A DNA stretch of 64,000 nt, taken from assembly GCA_041659285.1 (NCBI GenBank), contig JBAZYO010000020.1, positions 1,580-65,579 of the forward strand. Direction: 5' to 3'. The DNA comes from Vicinamibacterales bacterium. Lineage in GTDB: Bacteria > Acidobacteriota > Vicinamibacteria > Vicinamibacterales > UBA2999. The notes under the pieces were generated by a model, which was not told the origin of the DNA, searched no databases, and saw only the letters and a program-made list of their open reading frames with translations. Position 1 is the stretch's first letter. Each line of letters opens with the position of its first letter. Positions 60,616 to 64,000 of the stretch are shown here, piece after piece. A program made the position numbers and the translations under genes.

Positions 60616-61170
60616 CTAAGGCAGGCGAAGTGTTTGGGTGATGCCCCCGGCGTCAACAATGACGATGGCGGTGTCGTCCACGCGGACCACGCTGTAGCCG
60701 TTCGAAAGCTTGTCGCCGGCCTTCACGAAGGCGAGCGCCCCGTTGTCATTGACGATCGCCGTCAGCACCGTCGCGCCGTCCTGCTGGCTCGACGCAATCC
60801 CGGACAATCGAAACTGCGGCGGAGGCGGTTCGGCCGGAAACGGTGCTGGCATGGCCGCCGCCACTACCGGTTCCGCGGCCGAGGCCAACTGCTGCCGCGA
60901 GGTGACTGCCGGCCGGCGCGCGCCGAAGACGAACGGATTACGGCCGGGCGACGGCGTTCGAACGGGCTGCGAGTCCAGGCGCTCGCGCAACTGCCGCGTG
61001 AACGGCGCCACGGTGGCCGGGCTGCCCAGCGGCCTGGGCGCGGAGCGTTCGCGCGCCGCGGGCGCGTCCTGCCGGCTCGTCGAGGTCGAGGTCCCCACCA
61101 GCCAACCGGCGGTGAGGCTGATCGCGCCAATGAGGAGCACCGTTCGTGGGGCCATCGCTCTGACCATCAT
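60616..61170 (-). CDS. hypothetical membrane-anchored protein (TM helix, Pro-rich linker, small C-terminal beta domain reminiscent of GspC/PilP-type domains)
   Basis: TM helix VLLIGAISLTAGWLVG, a Pro/Ala-rich middle, and a C-terminus FRLSGIASSQQDGATVLTAIVNDNGALAFVKAGDKLSNGYSVVRVDDTAIVIVDAGGITQTLRL. The domain analogy comes from pattern memory only. Confidence 0.5.
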   Translation of the reverse strand: MMVRAMAPRTVLLIGAISLTAGWLVGTSTSTSRQDAPAARERSAPRPLGSPATVAPFTRQLRERLDSQPVRTPSPGRNPFVFGARRPAVTSRQQLASAAEPVVAAAMPAPFPAEPPPPQFRLSGIASSQQDGATVLTAIVNDNGALAFVKAGDKLSNGYSVVRVDDTAIVIVDAGGITQTLRLP

Positions 61171-61266
61171 ATCGCCGCGACGGGTTCTCTTCCATTGGAC
61201 CAGGAGGCTCCCGCAGCCGTTACACCGGTCCGGCTAACCACCTTCGCCAAGGTTATGGCGGTCAAG

Positions 61267-61309
61267 AAGCCGGATGCCACAGTGGTTCGGCTAAAGCCGG
61301 ACGCCACAT
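61267..61309. repeat. class-B REP-like units (partial AAGCCGGATGCCACA; GTGGTTCGGC-TAAA-GCCGGACGCCACAT)
   Basis: Read directly from the sequence. Lies in the divergent region between the 60616-61170 gene and kdsB. Confidence 0.8.
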
Positions 61310-61340
61310 GGGCCTGGAAATCGCTGTGGTATGATTCGTC

Positions 61341-63784
<2,444 letters not shown>

Positions 63785-64000
63785 GTGCAGCCTGTCTCGC
63801 CGGTCAGTGCCGGATCCGTCACGTTCGGCACCGGCCATCCGCTGGCCTTCATCCTCGGCCCGTGCGTCATCGAAAGCGAGTCGCACGCCGTGGACCTCGG
63901 CGTCGCCATCGCGGAGATTGCGGCGCGGGTCGGCGCGCCCGTCGTGTTCAAGGCGTCGTTCGACAAGGCCAACCGCACGTCCCTGTCCTCGTACCGCGGC
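63785..64000 (+). CDS. kdsA: 2-dehydro-3-deoxyphosphooctonate aldolase (KDO-8-P synthase), 3' end cut by window edge
   Basis: My own translation from the GTG at 63785 gives VQPVSPVSAGSVTFGTGHPLAFILGPCVIESESHAVDLGVAIAEIAARVGAPVVFKASFDKANRTSLSSYRG. PCVIES and FKASFDKANR are KdsA signatures. It is absent from the ORF track because the frame stays open to the edge. Confidence 0.9.
   Translation, partial: MQPVSPVSAGSVTFGTGHPLAFILGPCVIESESHAVDLGVAIAEIAARVGAPVVFKASFDKANRTSLSSYRG

Overview
This is a high-GC (roughly two-thirds G+C by eye), densely coding bacterial chromosomal core segment. I call about 62 protein genes and 2 tRNAs; one gene is cut by each window edge. A VWA protein of the acidobacterial VWFA-related type, a Ser/Thr kinase fused to TolB-like propeller repeats, and paired GT-C glycosyltransferases suggest an Acidobacteriota-like host (inference only).

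The content is almost entirely housekeeping:
- nucleotide salvage (hpt, upp, dcd, ndk, pyrG)
- tRNA synthetases (glyQS, aspS, hisS)
- DNA repair (uvrB, mutL, recO, rarA)
- a TCA block (sucCD, sdhCAB, mdh)
- Mla lipid-transport genes and KDO genes (kdsB, kdsA)
- three Mg2+ transport genes (corA, mgtE, CorC/CNNM) inside the ancient phoH-ybeY-corC-era-recO-glyQS array

I found no transposase, integrase, phage, CRISPR, toxin-antitoxin pair, defence island or biosynthetic cluster, so I cannot point to a convincing novel multi-gene system.

The unusual signals are mostly non-coding or domain-level:
1. A family of GTAG-headed REP-like hairpins has an invariant C-TTTA-G loop and several stem classes. 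These hairpins repeatedly supply or abut stop codons.
2. A 114-bp nested palindrome built from 3 x 9-bp subrepeats sits upstream of a Cys/Met PLP enzyme gene.
3. A canonical intrinsic terminator lies directly in front of the pheA RBS, with antiterminator-like mimicry and a Phe-containing mini-ORF.
4. A translationally coupled rpiB-deoC pair carries N-terminal extensions reminiscent of microcompartment cargo, but no shell genes are present.
5. A patatin-like protein lacks the catalytic Ser and Asp.
6. PPDK carries a lysine-rich N-terminal tail.
7. A sigma54-like promoter lies next to tRNA-Val and two GT-C paralogs, near an orphan sigma54 activator.

All coordinates were derived by hand from the sequence and the ORF track. 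Start codons were often moved downstream of the ORF-track start.
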